Of a stretch of 64,000 bases of DNA, positions 59,901 to 64,000 are shown in pieces. The notes below the pieces were generated by a model. It did no database searches. It saw only the letters and a list, made by a program, of their open reading frames with translations, and was not told the origin of the DNA. The translations under genes were made by a program, and so were the position numbers. Source of the stretch: Camelus dromedarius (Eukaryota); the NCBI RefSeq assembly GCF_036321535.1, contig NC_087447.1:35280001-35344000 (forward strand). Direction: 5' to 3'. Each line of letters opens with the position of its first letter. Positions within the stretch are counted from its first letter, which is position 1.

Positions 59901-62399
59901 GATTGGTCCTGTCAGTAGTCCCAGTTCCAAGCTCCCTCATTAGGTGAGGTACCACCTCACCTGGCCCAGTACTGCCTTTACTGTAACCTCAGTGGTCTTT
60001 CCACTTGACCCCAGGATTAATTGAGGGCCTCATCTCTTCCTGCCCAGGGCCATAGAGGTGACAGTGGGAAAGAGCTCACTCCCATTTTCTCCCTAGCCAC
60101 ACTCCACCACTGCCTCTTCAAACTGCTGGTATGTATGCTCCATCCTTTAGAAATACCCGGAGGAGAAGGAAGCACCAGAACATTCACTGGGTCCTACACA
60201 TGTCAACTGTCTCAAGAACTCAGAACTCCCTCAGGCATGTTCCCATCTGCTGTGTTAGGGTCACTAGAAAGAGCTGGTAGGGTCTCCAGCTCAGCATGCA
60301 CCCAGCTGAGAACTGAAAAGGCTTTTGTTTTCTCCTTGGCACTCTGAACCTATTTGAGGAATTCACCTATCTCCACAAATCCTGTACTCCCCCTGAGACT
60401 GACAACCATGCCGCCTCCCTCCCCTCAGGTGTCTTCTCTGTGGACCGGAGGTGGGATGGAATGAGGTGGTTGGTTGTGAAGCCCGGCACTGTTATCTCTT
60501 TGTCAGCCTTGGGATCTTCGGAGACCTGGCTCTGCTTCCGAGATGCTCTCTCTAGGATCTGGGATACTTGGAATCACCTCATCCTCAGTCGTGGGTGACA
60601 GGAAAAAGCATCACTTAGCAGCCTGCTTTTCACACTTGGTGCAAAGAGAGCTCTTTCAAAATTCTCTAGTTTCCCAGGTTTCCCTTTTGGAAATCTGTAA
60701 TTCTGAGAATGAACATCCAGGTCCTCTCTGAGAACAGTGTGCTTGGTTTACACACATGTTTATTATCTATGGAGCCTGTCAAACCACACTGTTTATAACG
60801 TGTTTGCAAAATCTCCAGTCAATGACCCATTCATACATCTCCTGTAAGAGTTGGGCAACCGGCAAGAACTCAGGCTGGGATAGCGTGTCTTGTTTCTGAA
60901 CTTTCCGACTTGGGAGGGAGCCACAGAGCACTAAGATCTTCCTTTACGCTCTGCAGGGAGGACTGAGGACTGTCCAAAACAGTCCAATGCAGAGCCTTTA
61001 AAAGCCTCAATTCACCCTTCTAGTAAAGATGCTTGGAAAGCGCATTCATCTTTCCATTCACTCTTCAACACCGATTCACGATCCTCTGTACGTGGCAGGA
61101 ACTGTGCTGGGCCCCGGGAATACAGCAGGGAATGAGATAGATGAGATCAGTGCTCTCTCCTGAGTGGCAGTCCACTGGGAGAGTTATTATTGAGCTAATC
61201 AGCACTTAATGAAATTGAATTAAAATATGTTGTACATTTATTTGTTTATGTACTATACTGCTGCCTAGTTGTGAAGTGAAAAAGAATATAAAATAAGTAT
61301 TATATCACCCTGTTTTTTAATGTGCTCAGGTGTCTACATGCACTTAGACGATAGATGGTTCTAAGAGGTTCCTCCTGCCCCTCCCTCCCTACCCCCCATA
61401 TAGGCCAATAAAATTAGTATTGCTTTTTATTTTCATCTTTATACTTATTTTATATTTTTCCATTTTCTTCAGTGAACATATTTGTACAATAAGATTCACT
61501 AAGCCTGACTACGTCTAGGCATTCCCTTAGGCACTGAGTTTGATGGTGAAGAAAACCACAGCTCAGTTCCTGCCCTGATTGGGATTCCAAGGATGACATA
61601 AGGAAAAAGTGCAAATGCCTGTTTGTAATATAGTTGACCTGTATATGTCTTTCTCTCTCTCTCCACACACACACACCACAACAACACTAAATATGTAAAC
61701 ACATGTGTATACAAAAATAATGCACCCAAATTAACAAAGATTATGGTAAACTACAAATTGATATGTATGTCAGTCACAAGTAAACAGTCTGTCCAGGAAA
61801 ATAAGAGGGAAAGGATGTCACTAATCTTCATGTTCCATATTCCATCTGTTAATAACCCTATCCCGACCTTTTCTTTTCCATATGATTTCATTTTCTCTCA
61901 GACCTGCATCTCTTTCAGAGTTAAACAATGTGTTTCCAGCACTTGGCCTTGAGAATGACCAACCCTACTGATCTCTGGTGAAAGAAGTTTCCGCGAGATA
62001 AGAAGTAGAGAATGTTCCCTGTCTCCTGTAGCTGCAAGAACAGCAGATAGGATAATAAACACTGTGTCTACAAAATTTATTTCTGACAAAGGAGTTTTTG
62101 AAACAACAAGAGACATCAGAGATCGTCACTATGCCCTATGAGAGCAACCCTGTAATATTTATTTACTATTTAGACTTTAGTCTATGCCTTTGAACAAAAT
62201 TCTTCTTGATGGAAACTGTTAGACTGGGAACGTGGGTACTAGGTCCTGCTGCGGCAAGTTGACGGGGAGCTACCGAGACCGGCAATACTGCTGGGGGCGT
62301 GTGTGCTGGGCCCGTCCTGGACAGCAGTTGATACTGCACAGCAAAAATAGGATGTGCACACAAGCAATATTCCTCCTTGATGTACATGGCACGACACAG

Positions 62400-64000
62400 A
62401 CATCATTTTTTCTGGTCTAATGCATATAACATGGCTGCTACTGTTGTATTTGCATCTTTCTGATTACTAATGATTTGTGCATCTCTTTGTGAGCTCATGA
62501 CTCACTATGTGTTGTCTGTAAACTAGGTTTTGCATACTTGTTACCCATTTTTCTATTGGGGTTGCTGTCTTTTCTTCAGTTACTCATAGAAGTTCCTCAT
62601 ATATTTGAAATATGAATTCCTAGCTATATTTTAGACACTGTCTTTTCCCATTCTCTATCTGAAATAAATTCTTGATTTTCATGTAATGAAATTCACCATT
62701 TTATGCCTTATGTTTTGTGCTTTTGAAGTTTTGTTTAATAATTTTTCCACATCTCTAGATCATAAATATATTCTTTGATATTCTTTCTATTAATGTTATA
62801 GTATTACCTTCAACTTAGGTATGTAATAATTCTAGAGTTGACATGTGTGTGTGTATTAGGTAAGTTTTATTTTTCTCTTCCCAAAACTGTTAACACATCC
62901 TTTTTCAATGGTTGTGATGTCTCCTTGCTCATGTATTTAACATCCTGTACACGTGGCCCTAGCTCTGCACTCTATTCCCCATTGGCCAATGTGTCTTTTG
63001 TTGAGCAGATACCACTGTTTTTATTGCTGTGCTTTTCTGTACATCTTAACACCTGGTACAGTAACTGCCTCTTCTTAAGTCTCCTTATTTAATAATGACT
63101 TTTTGTATGCATGGGCCTTTATTTCTTGATGTGAATTTTTGAGTAATTTTCTTCAGTTCCTGGAAAATTCAACTAGAATTTTCATTAGGATTGCATTGAA
63201 TTCGTAGATTAATTTGGGGTAGAGTCAATATTTTTATAATATTATGTCATCCTATCAGTGAGCCAGGAACTTCACTTCATTTATGCAAATCACCTTTTAA
63301 GGTGTTTACTGGAGGTTTGAAATCTTCTCCATTCTGGTGCTGTGTCTTCCTGGCTAAATTAATCCCTAGGTACTTTACAGTTATGTTGTTACCATGAAGG
63401 ATTTATTACCATTAATCCTATTTTCCATTTGGTTATTTCTGCTATGGGGAAATGCTGTTGGTTTTTGGATCAAGTGTTGTGCAACCTAATTAAATTTCCT
63501 TATTGATTCTAGTAGTTTGTTGATTTTGTGGGGGTTTTTTGAGGTCAAAGGTTACATTAACTACAAATAATGACAGTTTTATGTCTGCTTTTCTCATCCT
63601 CGTATTTCTTATTTCCAAAAATTTTCTCTAGCATTTGCCAGGACTTCCAGAACTGTGTTACACAACAGTGGTAATAGTAGCATTCCTTCCTCATTCCAGA
63701 TCCTCAAAGGGAATGCATGAAAGGTTTTTCCATGAAATAAAATATGTGCTGTAGCTTTTTGGCAAATAACTTAATAAAATTAAGAAATTCAATTTTCATA
63801 TATTGTTTGCTAAAGGATTTTTAAAAGGAAATCATAAATATGCCTTCAGCTTTATCAAATGCTTTATTAATCAATTGAGATAATATTTTTCTCCTTTAGA
63901 CTATCATTGTGGTGAATTATATTGATTTTGTAATTTTGGCCCATTTTTACATTCCTAGAATAAACCACACTTATCCATGACACATTTTTAATACTCATAT
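62400..64000 (-). mobile_element. Old LINE-1 (L1M-type) ORF2 fragment
   Basis: T-rich decayed L1 ORF2 antisense motifs (ggattgcattgaattcgtagattaatttgggg; gccaggacttccagaac); runs off the window end. Confidence 0.75.

Noticed and set aside
59942..59962. 9-bp hairpin aggtgaggt-acc-acctcacct
   Set aside because: Short enough to occur by chance in 64 kb; no supporting RNA gene context.
57000..64000. SAA4 expected downstream by synteny
   Set aside because: I found no SAA4-like exon (MRLFTGIVFCSL-type leader or SAA exon 3/4) in this stretch; it may lie beyond the window.

Overview
Mammalian genomic DNA, probably from a camelid, judged from the style of the young L1 3' ends and a tRNA-derived SINE (inference, not verified). 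Bases 1217-30822 hold 21 coding exons of HPS5 (BLOC-2 subunit) on the + strand. All have GT-AG junctions and splice into an open frame of 3285 nt (1094 codons plus stop); the first ~36 codons lie upstream of the window. Downstream is a dense pile of nested transposons: an L1 inside Tigger1 inside MER21, and three solo LTRs nested in one another. The serum amyloid A locus follows. One 4-exon SAA1/SAA2-like gene (+, ~53870-56960) is disabled for the normal secreted protein: ATG>GTG, an in-frame TGA after the signal peptide, and a degraded exon 3. Its splice sites, poly(A) signal and an 80-codon downstream frame remain. A 431-bp piece of its upstream promoter is repeated in inverted orientation at 43184-43614 (2 differences seen), where a divergent SAA1 would be expected, but I found no core promoter or gene body there. 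No prokaryotic-type systems, CRISPR arrays, rRNA or tRNA genes were seen.
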